A stretch of 32,000 bases of DNA. Source: Desulfacinum hydrothermale DSM 13146. GTDB lineage: Bacteria > Desulfobacterota > Syntrophobacteria > Syntrophobacterales > DSM-9756. The DNA is taken from positions 73,582 to 105,581 of the forward strand of contig NZ_FWXF01000001.1 in assembly GCF_900176285.1 (NCBI RefSeq), in the 5' to 3' direction. Both the position numbers and the translations under genes were made by a program. Positions 16,207-23,887 of this stretch are shown here, one piece after another (position 1 is the first letter of the stretch; the number at the start of each line of letters is the position of its first letter). Below the pieces are notes generated by a model. That model was given only the letters and a program-made list of their open reading frames with translations, made no database searches and was not told where the DNA came from.

Positions 16207-17472
16207 TTAGTGATCACAAACATTGGCACCGGTCACCAAGTTCCCCTGGAGATAGCTGTTCACCAGAGTTTCGGGATCCAGGGCGGGAGCTCCCGTCAGG
16301 ACCTGAACCCCGCGTTCCTGGAACAGGCTGATGGCCCGTTGGCCCATGCCGCCCGCGATGACCAGGTTCACACCTTGTTCGGCGATCCATCGAGGGAGCA
16401 CACCGGGTTCGTGGGGAGGTGGGGTCCGTTCTTCCCTGCTTTCAATGCGGCCGTTCTGAACGGTCAGGATGGCAAACCGTTCGCAATGTCCAAAATGATT
16501 GCACAACATCCCGTTGGCCAAAGGGATGGCCACCTTGAAGTTGTCCTTTTCCATCCGCGGTACCTCCTTTGTCACATCGCTGGTCATGGCTTCGGTCTTC
16601 TCCTCCGGTAGAGGTGGAGAACACTTGTCAATCACTTCCGAAAGAAGCCCGTTGAGGCTCTCCAAAAAAGGTCCCGAAGCATCGGAACCGACCTCCAAGG
16701 GCATACCGGCGTCACCGGCCTCCACCACACGCGGTTCGAACGGCAGAGAGCCCAGGAAGGGAATGTTCATGCGTTCGGCCGTCTTACGGCCCCCTTCGGT
16801 CCCAAAAAGCGGAACGCTCTTTCCGCAATGGGGGCACACGAGCCCACTCATATTTTCCACCAGCCCCAGAATGGGCAGATGGGCCTTCCTGCAGAAATTG
16901 ATGGATTTTCTCACATCGCTCAGGGCCACCTCCTGTGGCGTTGTCACGATAACGGCGTGGACGTCCGGGATGATCTGGGCCACGCTCAGGGGTTCATCCC
17001 CCGTCCCGGGCGGGCAATCGATGATCAGATAATCCAGATTTCCCCACTGGACCTCCGAGACAAACTGGCGGATCACGCCGTGTTTGATGGGGCCGCGCCA
17101 GATAACCGCTGAATCGGGGTCTTCCAGCAGGCATTGGATGGAAACCACTTGCAGATTCTCGTTGACCTGGACGGGAACGAGATGTTTTTGGTCGTCCACC
17201 TGGAACATCCCCGTGATGCCCAACATCTTGGGAATGCTGGGACCATGCAGGTCCGCATCCATAAGCCCCACGCGATACCCCTTTTGGGAAAGCCCGAAGG
17301 CCATGTAGGTGGCCACACTGCTTTTCCCCACGCCACCCTTACCGCTCATCACCAGGAGCTTGTGTTGAATTCGCCGCAACTGCTCTTTCAACCGGAGCTC
17401 TTCAGCGGCTTCTTCCCTTTTTGCTGCTTCCGCATCCGTTCCGCACGTATGGGAAGGGCACGATGTAGCCAT
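16207..17472 (-). CDS. Mrp/ApbC/NBP35-type Fe-S cluster carrier ATPase fused to a C-terminal NifX/MTH1175-like domain
   Basis: Deviant Walker A motif SGKGGVGKSS and a CPHCG motif, then a C-terminal ~110-aa block (FKVAIPLANG..HFGHCERFAIL..) resembling the neighbouring NifX-like ORF. Confidence 0.88.
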   Translation of the reverse strand: MATSCPSHTCGTDAEAAKREEAAEELRLKEQLRRIQHKLLVMSGKGGVGKSSVATYMAFGLSQKGYRVGLMDADLHGPSIPKMLGITGMFQVDDQKHLVPVQVNENLQVVSIQCLLEDPDSAVIWRGPIKHGVIRQFVSEVQWGNLDYLIIDCPPGTGDEPLSVAQIIPDVHAVIVTTPQEVALSDVRKSINFCRKAHLPILGLVENMSGLVCPHCGKSVPLFGTEGGRKTAERMNIPFLGSLPFEPRVVEAGDAGMPLEVGSDASGPFLESLNGLLSEVIDKCSPPLPEEKTEAMTSDVTKEVPRMEKDNFKVAIPLANGMLCNHFGHCERFAILTVQNGRIESREERTPPPHEPGVLPRWIAEQGVNLVIAGGMGQRAISLFQERGVQVLTGAPALDPETLVNSYLQGNLVTGANVCDH

Positions 17473-17564
17473 GATCTTCTCTCCTTTTTCCTTTCAACGT
17501 CAGAATGGGATGGCAAACCGGAGGAGGTCCCGTGGTGCCAGACATCCTCCGGCACTTCAACTGT

Positions 17565-17581
17565 AGACAACTTTCGTGCCG
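17565..17581 (-). promoter_or_regulatory. Candidate sigma-54 promoter upstream of the mrp-nifX-like gene
   Basis: Minus strand reads CGGCACGAAAGTTGTCT. The GGCACG -24 element is good and the spacing correct, but the -12 element is TTGT rather than TTGC. It lies about 95 nt upstream of ATG 17472. Confidence 0.35.
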
Positions 17582-17669
17582 AATGGAGCCAAAGGGCTCT
17601 TCACTTGGAGATTCTTGGGATCCGAAGGGGACAGTGGGCGTTTCTCTCCTCCCGAGGGTGACCGGAGTT

Positions 17670-17686
17670 GGGTTCAGGTTGAACCC
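17670..17686. promoter_or_regulatory. Perfect inverted repeat GGGTTCA-GGT-TGAACCC (possible activator site or hairpin)
   Basis: Lies immediately after the activator gene stop codon (17687-17689) and about 90 nt upstream of the -24/-12 candidate at 17565-17581. Confidence 0.3.
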
Positions 17687-19135
17687 TTAGTCGCGCTCTA
17701 ATGGGGGCATCGTGTTCCCGGAGGGCTGCAGGGCCTCCAGGCCGTAGCGGCGGATCTTACGCCGCAGGGTGTTCTTGTCGATGCCCAGCTCACGTGCCGT
17801 GGCCATGCGCTTCCAGTTGTTGCGTTCCAGGGCTTCCCAAATGGCGCGCTTTTCGATTTCCTGAAGCGTCCAGCCCTGGAGCGGCTGGAACCCGCGCACC
17901 TCCTTTTGAAGGTGTTCCGGCAGATGGTCCGGGAGGATCCACCCGTTGCGGCACAGAATGAAGGCATGTTCAATGGCGTTTTCCAGTTCGCGGATGTTTC
18001 CGGGCCAATCGTGGCGCATGAAGACCTGAAGGGCTTCGGGGCTGAGGCCCAAAATCTTCTTTCCCTGCAGACGATTGAACCGATCGATGAAGTGTTCCAC
18101 CAGGAGAGGGATGTCTTCCCGTCTTTGGGCCAGCGGCGGAAGCCACAACTTGACCACGTTGACCCGGTAGTAGAGATCCTTGCGAAAGATCCCCTCTTCC
18201 ACCAGCTGGCTGAGGTCTTTGTTGGAGGCGGCGATGATCCGCACGTCCGCCTTGAGGCTCCTGGACGATCCCAAGGGTTCGTACACCTTTTCTTCCAGAA
18301 CCCGCAGGAGGCGCACCTGCAGGGCGGGGGACACGTCACCGATCTCATCCAGAAAGAGGGTGCCACCTTGAGCCATGGCGAAGCGGCCGGCCCGGCTCTT
18401 CTTGGCGTCCGTGAAGGCCCCCGCCACATGGCCGAACAGCTCCGATTCCAGCAGGGTGTCGGGCAGGGCCCCGCAGTTGACGGCCACGAAGGGGCCCTTG
18501 GACCGGCGGCTCAAGGAATGAAGCGTGCGGGCCAGTACTTCTTTTCCGGTACCGCTTTCCCCCTGAATGAGGACCGTGCTCTCGCTCTGGGCGATCTCCG
18601 GAAGGATCGCAAAGAGCTTCTGCATGGCGGGCGCTTTGCTCAGAATGTCTCCGAACCGGTATCTCTTGTGGATCTCCTGGCGCAGTTTCTCCACCACGGT
18701 GAGATCCCGAAAGGTCTCCACCCCGCCCACCGTTCGGCCGTGTTTGTCTTTCAACAGAGCCGTGCTGACGCTGATGGGTACTTCCCGGTTGGAGGCGTTC
18801 AGGATCGCCACGGGACGGTCCACCACCGGCCGGCCCGTCTCCATGGTGTGGCGCAGCACGCAGGCCGTCTCACACACACTGGCCCGGAAGACCTCACAGC
18901 ATGGACGGCCCAGGGCTTCTTCGGCTGGGATTTCCGTGATCCTTTCCGCCGCGCGATTGAAGAAGGTGACGCGAAAATCGGCGTCCACCGTGAAGACGCC
19001 GTCGGTGATGCTGTCCAGGATGGTCCGCGTCCATTCCGGAGCCGGCACGCCGGGATCGGCTATCCGCTTGTCTTCGGGATTGCCCGTGGGACACGCGGCC
19101 TTGTTCATGGAATCCATCCTGCGCATCATCCGCAC
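17687..19135 (-). CDS. Sigma-54-dependent transcriptional activator (PAS - AAA+ - Fis-type HTH)
   Basis: Contains a PAS region (ILDSITDGVFTVD...), Walker A GESGTGKEV, ESELFGH..GAFTDA, and a C-terminal HTH (ATARELGIDKNTLRRKIRRYGL). Several alternative starts lie at 19108-19135. Confidence 0.9.
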   Translation of the reverse strand: MRMMRRMDSMNKAACPTGNPEDKRIADPGVPAPEWTRTILDSITDGVFTVDADFRVTFFNRAAERITEIPAEEALGRPCCEVFRASVCETACVLRHTMETGRPVVDRPVAILNASNREVPISVSTALLKDKHGRTVGGVETFRDLTVVEKLRQEIHKRYRFGDILSKAPAMQKLFAILPEIAQSESTVLIQGESGTGKEVLARTLHSLSRRSKGPFVAVNCGALPDTLLESELFGHVAGAFTDAKKSRAGRFAMAQGGTLFLDEIGDVSPALQVRLLRVLEEKVYEPLGSSRSLKADVRIIAASNKDLSQLVEEGIFRKDLYYRVNVVKLWLPPLAQRREDIPLLVEHFIDRFNRLQGKKILGLSPEALQVFMRHDWPGNIRELENAIEHAFILCRNGWILPDHLPEHLQKEVRGFQPLQGWTLQEIEKRAIWEALERNNWKRMATARELGIDKNTLRRKIRRYGLEALQPSGNTMPPLERD

Positions 19136-19173
19136 TTCGTCATCCGAAATGCGGGCTGGGTGATGGGTCTGCC

Positions 19174-20043
19174 TCAGGGGCCGTCGAAGGCGAAGCCACA
19201 GACGGCTTCCCAGATCCTTTCGATTTCTCTCATGACTTGCGTTTCACCATAATCGACCAGGCTCCGCCCGTCAACTTGGGCCCGGGTGACCAGGGGATCG
19301 AAGGGAATGTGGCCCACAAAACGGGCGCCGGACGATACCGCCGCTTCCGCGATCCGATCCGCCTGGGCCCTGTGCAGGTCGGCCTTGTTGATGCAGACCG
19401 CCGCCGGGACCTTGAAATGTCGGGTCAATTCCAAGACTCGTTCCATGTCGTGGCGCCCGGACTGGGTGGGCTCGGAGACCACGAGCACCGCGTCGGCGTT
19501 TCCGATGGAGGCAATCACAGGGCAGCCCACACCGGGGGGGCCGTCGGTGAGGAGGCGCTCCACGCCCTCTTCTTCCGCCAGGCGTCGGGCTTCGGTGCGA
19601 ACAAGGGACACCAGCTTTCCGGAATTTTCTTCGGCAATGCCCAACCGGGCATGGACCATGGGCCCATAAGGAGTCCTGGAAACGAACCACTCCCCGCACG
19701 TCTTTTCCGGGAAGTCCACCGCCCCCGCAGGGCACAGGTGGGCGCACACCCCGCACCCTTCACACAGAAGCGGTTCCACGCGAAAGTGTTCGTTGATCGC
19801 TCCAAACCGGCACCAATCCAGGCAAAGACCGCATTGGGTGCACTTGTCCGAATCGATGACGGCCTCATGGCCGGCCGCAAAGGGATGGCGTTCCAGGAGT
19901 TCAGGCCGAACCACCAGGTGCAGATCCGCCGCGTCCACATCCGCGTCGCACAGGACCACTTTTCTCGCCAAGGCGGCAAAGGCGGCCACCAGGCTCGTCT
20001 TTCCCGTGCCCCCCTTACCGCTGATAACCACCAGTTCCTTCAT
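19174..20043 (-). CDS. MinD/ParA-family P-loop ATPase with 2x[4Fe-4S] ferredoxin insert
   Basis: Contains SGKGGTGKTS, plus CTQCGLCLDWC and CEGCGVCAHLCP motifs inserted after the P-loop. Confidence 0.85.
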   Translation of the reverse strand: MKELVVISGKGGTGKTSLVAAFAALARKVVLCDADVDAADLHLVVRPELLERHPFAAGHEAVIDSDKCTQCGLCLDWCRFGAINEHFRVEPLLCEGCGVCAHLCPAGAVDFPEKTCGEWFVSRTPYGPMVHARLGIAEENSGKLVSLVRTEARRLAEEEGVERLLTDGPPGVGCPVIASIGNADAVLVVSEPTQSGRHDMERVLELTRHFKVPAAVCINKADLHRAQADRIAEAAVSSGARFVGHIPFDPLVTRAQVDGRSLVDYGETQVMREIERIWEAVCGFAFDGP

Positions 20044-20058
20044 TCAAGAGGCTCCTCT

Positions 20059-20916
20059 TCAGCAGGCTGCTTTCCAAGACCGCAGGGTCTCCAGGATCTT
20101 TTCGTAGAGCTGTACCATGGCCTCTTTCCACTGGGGAAGCACCTCCACCAGCAGGCTTCCGCGGGCATAGGCTTCGGCCGTTTTCTTGTCGAAGGGCATT
20201 TCCAAGAGGATGGGGATGCCCTGCTGCTCGGCAAAGCGGTGGACCCGGCGGTCCCCGATGTCGCATCGGTTGATCACCAGTCCCATGGGCAGACCCAACT
20301 TGCGCACCGCGCCCACGGCCAGTTCCAGGTCGTTGAGGCCGAAGGGGGTGGGCTCCGTGACCAGCAGGGCAAAATCAGCTCCCCACAGGCTGGCCACCAC
20401 GGGGCAGGAAGTGCCGGGGGGAGCGTCGATGAGAGTGAGCTCCCCCTCCAAACCCTGATGCTTTCGCACCTGCTCGATCAAAGGCGGCGCCATGGCCTCG
20501 CCCACCCGAAGGCGTCCTTCCACAAGGCTCACCATGCCCCGGCAGCCCCAGCGCACCTCCCCCACCAGGCGCTTGGACCAGCCGATGGCCTCTTCTTGAC
20601 AGACAAGGGCGCACCCTCTGCAGCTATGGCACAGCTCCGGGAAGGTCATGGCGATTTCGGGCAGGATGGCAATGGCGTTGAACTGGCAAAGTTCCTGACA
20701 GGCACCGCACAGGCTGCACCGTTCCGCATCGATTTCCGGTACGTCCAGGTGGAACAGCTCCGACCCCGTCCAGCGAGGTTGCAAAAAGAGATGCGCATTG
20801 GGCTGCTCCACGTCGCAATCCAGAAGGGTTACAGGCTTTTCCAGACCGGCGGCCAGGTTGCACGCAATGGTGGTCTTGCCGGTGCCCCCCTTGCCGCTGG
20901 CGATGGCGATGATCAT
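20059..20916 (-). CDS. MinD/ParA-family P-loop ATPase with 2x[4Fe-4S] ferredoxin insert (paralog)
   Basis: Start at MIIAIASGKGGTGKTT (ATG 20916, GGGAGGGA RBS, ATGA overlap with the upstream ORF). Contains CSLCGACQELC and CHSCRGCALVC motifs. The 50-aa N-terminal extension in the track is spurious. Confidence 0.85.
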   Translation of the reverse strand: MIIAIASGKGGTGKTTIACNLAAGLEKPVTLLDCDVEQPNAHLFLQPRWTGSELFHLDVPEIDAERCSLCGACQELCQFNAIAILPEIAMTFPELCHSCRGCALVCQEEAIGWSKRLVGEVRWGCRGMVSLVEGRLRVGEAMAPPLIEQVRKHQGLEGELTLIDAPPGTSCPVVASLWGADFALLVTEPTPFGLNDLELAVGAVRKLGLPMGLVINRCDIGDRRVHRFAEQQGIPILLEMPFDKKTAEAYARGSLLVEVLPQWKEAMVQLYEKILETLRSWKAAC

Positions 20917-21539
20917 GCGTTCCCTCCCCGAACCATGGCTGTGCCGCATTGGGGACATACGACCTGTGTGCATGGGATGCCCCGCTGATGCTTTACCTTT
21001 TCTCCACACTGGGGACAGACACAGGTGCCGGCCGGTGCGCCCTGGCCGCGGCCGGCCCCTTGGCAAGCGCCTCTTCTTTGGCCTCCACCCCCCTGACCTC
21101 GGCCCTGTCCCCCGCCGCGCTGTCCGGATCCTTTTCCGCTACCAAATGCCATGATGTCTCCTTCCGAATGGATTTTCGGGGTGGGTGGTCCAGGCCTTCG
21201 GTATCGCCTGGGTCCACGACACCCGGGCAGCCAGAATCTGCTCTGGTCCAGCTTCCCCTCTTTGTAAGCTTCCAGGACTTCTTCCAGCTCGCCCGCCACC
21301 CCATGGATGATGTGGATGCCCAGTCCTTGGGCGTAATGGAGCAGCTCCGGGCTCAATGCACCGCAAATGAGCGTGCGAATCCCTTGCGCCCTCAATGCGG
21401 CCAGGCGTTGGTAGGGACGGGAATCCGACAGATCCAGGAGTTTCGCACTGGAATCGCCGGCCATCCCCACCACCACGATCTTGGTGCTCCAGTCCAATAC
21501 CGGGGCCACCCGGCCCCGCAAAACCGCTATCGCCACCAT
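20913..21539 (-). CDS. NifX/MTH1175-like domain continuous in frame with a Gly/Arg-rich segment and a CxCPxCG..CPxCG zinc ribbon
   Basis: Start at MVAIAVLRG (ATG 21539, GAGGAGGAG RBS). There is no stop before 20913. An internal ATG at 21152 has its own GGAAGGAGA RBS, so the tail may also be made separately. Confidence 0.65.
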   Translation of the reverse strand: MVAIAVLRGRVAPVLDWSTKIVVVGMAGDSSAKLLDLSDSRPYQRLAALRAQGIRTLICGALSPELLHYAQGLGIHIIHGVAGELEEVLEAYKEGKLDQSRFWLPGCRGPRRYRRPGPPTPKIHSEGDIMAFGSGKGSGQRGGGQGRGQGGGGQRRGACQGAGRGQGAPAGTCVCPQCGEKVKHQRGIPCTQVVCPQCGTAMVRGGNA

Positions 21540-21567
21540 GGCCCGTCTCCTCCTCGCCGGCTCTGAA

Positions 21568-21584
21568 AAGCATTCTTCATGCCA
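21568..21584 (-). promoter_or_regulatory. Candidate sigma-54 (-24/-12) promoter for the nifX-like/minD-like operon
   Basis: Minus strand reads TGGCATGAAGAATGCTT, with GG/GC at consensus spacing. It lies about 30 nt upstream of ATG 21539, with the RBS in between. Confidence 0.55.
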
Positions 21585-21712
21585 AGCACGTCGGTGCGGA
21601 GCCGGGGACGGAGGACAGGGCTCACAATCTAATATAAAAACGTTGGGATAGGGCCTGACAGAAGAAGGAAGGGGGAGGGTTGGTGAAGAGGAGAAAAAGG
21701 CAGTTGGGGCCC

Positions 21713-21737
21713 CGGGTGGGTTCAAAACGCACCCACC
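21713..21737. promoter_or_regulatory. GC-rich inverted repeat GGTGGGT-N9-ACCCACC (terminator of the upstream small gene or activator site)
   Basis: 7-bp arms extendable by CCCC/GGGG. Contains GGGTTCA. It lies about 55 nt after the rubredoxin-like stop codon and about 130-150 nt upstream of the -24/-12 candidate. Confidence 0.3.
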
Positions 21738-21792
21738 TGGGGGGCCGTCCTTTATCCCAGCCTTTCAGCGGCGCAGTGGGAGCCGGAAGCGC

Positions 21793-21981
21793 TTACTTGT
21801 CCGACTTGTAGCTTTCCTGAAAGACTTGGGGATTGACGTTACCCGAATCCGGGCCGCCGCATTCGGGAATGTAGCAGGTCACATCGATGAATTCGCACTT
21901 TTCCTTGCAGGAAGGGCAGGTCTCCGGCGGGGTGGTGGCCTCCACGGTATTGCCGCACTTGTTACATTTCCAAACGCTCAT
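21793..21981 (-). CDS. Small rubredoxin-like zinc-ribbon protein
   Basis: 62 aa from [10 protein letters not shown] (GGAGGAGA RBS). The CxxC...CxxC pairs are CNKC and CPSC, with further Cys residues beyond them. Confidence 0.6.
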   Translation of the reverse strand: MSVWKCNKCGNTVEATTPPETCPSCKEKCEFIDVTCYIPECGGPDSGNVNPQVFQESYKSDK

Positions 21982-22167
21982 GGTCTCCTCCTCGATGAAT
22001 GGACAGTACCTCTCAAAAATACGTTGGAACCGCTTTCCCCTAACCTTAACCATCCCAAGGCGCCTAGCCAACGGCCGATCTTTTTATGGGCCGTTTTGGA
22101 ATCCGGTGGGCTCGCTCTTTTCAAAAGAAGGGCGGCTTGCCGTTCTTTTACCCGTCCGCCTGCCGGA

Positions 22168-22929
22168 TCACGGACTCACCAGCAGGCTCGAACAGGTGAG
22201 GCCCGCTTCGGCCTTTCGCAGCTCGGAGATGTCCACGGTTTCCACGGAAAATCCGGCTTGGCGCAGCATCCTTTCCGTCCGGGCAAATCCTTGGGCCACA
22301 AGCACCGACCGGTGGAGCCGCAGGATGTTGGCGGCTTCGGCTTCCTCTTCGGGGACTTCCAAAACGCGGAAGCCGCCGAAGGGCTCCATGTCGATCCACG
22401 CCGGGTAGGCCACCAGGGTGTGATCGTCGGCGGCCGTGACGGCGGTCTTGAGATGCAGACAGCCGTGCACCTGGACCGGCTTCACCTGGTAGCCGTGGGG
22501 AGCCAGGATGGCCCGAAGCTGTTCCATCCCGTCCCGGTTGGTGCGCAACGAAAGGCCCACAAACAAGGTCTTGCCCACGCGCAGGACGTCCCCTCCGTCC
22601 AGGGTGCCCGGGGCCTGGATGGCTGCCAGAGGGCGGTAGCGGGCCAACGCAGGCCGGATCCCGGCCACTTCCTCCCTTCGGGAAGGCGCCCCCGGCCGGC
22701 ATAGAACAGCGATTTCGTCCAGCACCACGGCGGTATCTTCCACGAAGACGGAATCCGGTAGATGCTCGTTGACGGTGAGTTCCTCCACGGAAAAGCCGTG
22801 GCGGCGCAGGACGTCCTGGTAGGCCGCGTGCTGTCGCCGGGCCCGATCCAGATCCAGCGGCTCCCTCACGCGATGGGTCAGTTCACATTGGTGGATGTTG
22901 GGCGAGACGCGATGGGTGATGGCGATCAT
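22168..22929 (-). CDS. Dimethylarginine dimethylaminohydrolase / amidinotransferase-superfamily enzyme
   Basis: 253 aa from MIAITHRV, with a C-terminal catalytic-type motif AEAGLTCSSLL. The rest of the 582-aa track ORF is antisense to the DUF554 gene. Confidence 0.78.
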   Translation of the reverse strand: MIAITHRVSPNIHQCELTHRVREPLDLDRARRQHAAYQDVLRRHGFSVEELTVNEHLPDSVFVEDTAVVLDEIAVLCRPGAPSRREEVAGIRPALARYRPLAAIQAPGTLDGGDVLRVGKTLFVGLSLRTNRDGMEQLRAILAPHGYQVKPVQVHGCLHLKTAVTAADDHTLVAYPAWIDMEPFGGFRVLEVPEEEAEAANILRLHRSVLVAQGFARTERMLRQAGFSVETVDISELRKAEAGLTCSSLLVSP

Positions 22930-23139
22930 TTCGTTAGCCTTCCAAGCGGAATGGGTTGGGTGTTCCGGAAATGAAGGATCACAGGTCACGGCCGTCCCAC
23001 GGCGGACCGCGGTCCATCCTACACGAACCGCTTGCCTCTTTCCACGGGGAGGTCTATGGTCTATCTTCCGTTGGGTCGGCATGGGAAAGCGGGAACTTTT
23101 CAGGGGCTTGGCACGCCGAGAAGGCGTTTCCAGAGTGGG

Positions 23140-23850
23140 ATGGCTATGGTCGGCACGGCGATCAATGTGACCACAGTGGTGACGGGGGGCCTCATCGGGA
23201 CCTTCCTGGGGGCCCGGCTTCCGCAAAACACGCAGCGTTCCGTGATGCACGGTTTGGGGCTCCTGACCCTGGTCATCGGCATGCAGATGGCCATGAAGAC
23301 GGAGAACGTTCTCATCCTGCTGGGGGCCATCCTGGTGGGGGTTATCGTGGGGGAGGGGCTGCAACTTCAGACGGGGCTGGAACGACTGGGCAACCGGCTG
23401 CAGGCCCTGTTCAAGGCGGGAACCCATTCCACGGTGAGCGAAGGCTTCGTGACGGCCAGCCTGGTCTTTTGCGTGGGGCCCATGGCCATCCTGGGATCCC
23501 TTCAAGACGGCCTGTCGGGCGATTTCAAGCTGCTTGCCATCAAATCCATGCTGGACGGCTTCGCCGCCATCGCCTTTTCGGCCAGCCTGGGCTGGGGCGT
23601 GCTTCTGTCGGCGGTGAGCGTCTTTTTGTACCAAGGAAGCATCACCCTGCTGGCCGCCGGACTGGACAGGATCCTCACCCCGGAAATGATCACGGAAATA
23701 TCCGCCGCCGGCGGGCTCCTCATCGCCGCCATAGGGCTCAAGCTCTTGAACGTAAAGGATATTCGCATCGCCAACTTTCTGCCGGCCCTGGCCGTAGCTC
23801 CGGTCATCGTGGCCCTGCTGCCGCTTCTCAAGGCCTGGTGGCCCTACTGA
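23140..23850 (+). CDS. DUF554 (YdfK/YqgA-like) membrane protein
   Basis: Close resemblance throughout to the YqgA pattern (GTAINV..GGLIG, FVTASLVFCVGPMAILGSLQDGL, LYQGSITLLA). Start at 23140 or 23146. Confidence 0.8.
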   Translation: MAMVGTAINVTTVVTGGLIGTFLGARLPQNTQRSVMHGLGLLTLVIGMQMAMKTENVLILLGAILVGVIVGEGLQLQTGLERLGNRLQALFKAGTHSTVSEGFVTASLVFCVGPMAILGSLQDGLSGDFKLLAIKSMLDGFAAIAFSASLGWGVLLSAVSVFLYQGSITLLAAGLDRILTPEMITEISAAGGLLIAAIGLKLLNVKDIRIANFLPALAVAPVIVALLPLLKAWWPY

Positions 23851-23887
23851 TCCAGGGACCGGCGCGGAAACGCCCAGGAGTCTACAC

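Noticed and set aside
17906-20988. 448-aa and 583-aa plus-strand ORFs
   Set aside because: They are antisense to the sigma-54 activator and both MinD-type ATPase genes, all of which have unambiguous motifs on the minus strand.
22122-22151. Hairpin with a T-run after the DDAH-like gene
   Set aside because: It pairs well only as plus-strand RNA (through G.U pairs), and there is no plus-strand gene upstream. On the minus strand it has C.A mismatches.
23108-23127. Perfect -24-like TTGGCACG upstream of the DUF554 gene
   Set aside because: There is no TTGC/GC element at the required spacing; the sequence is AGAAGGC, with GC two positions late.
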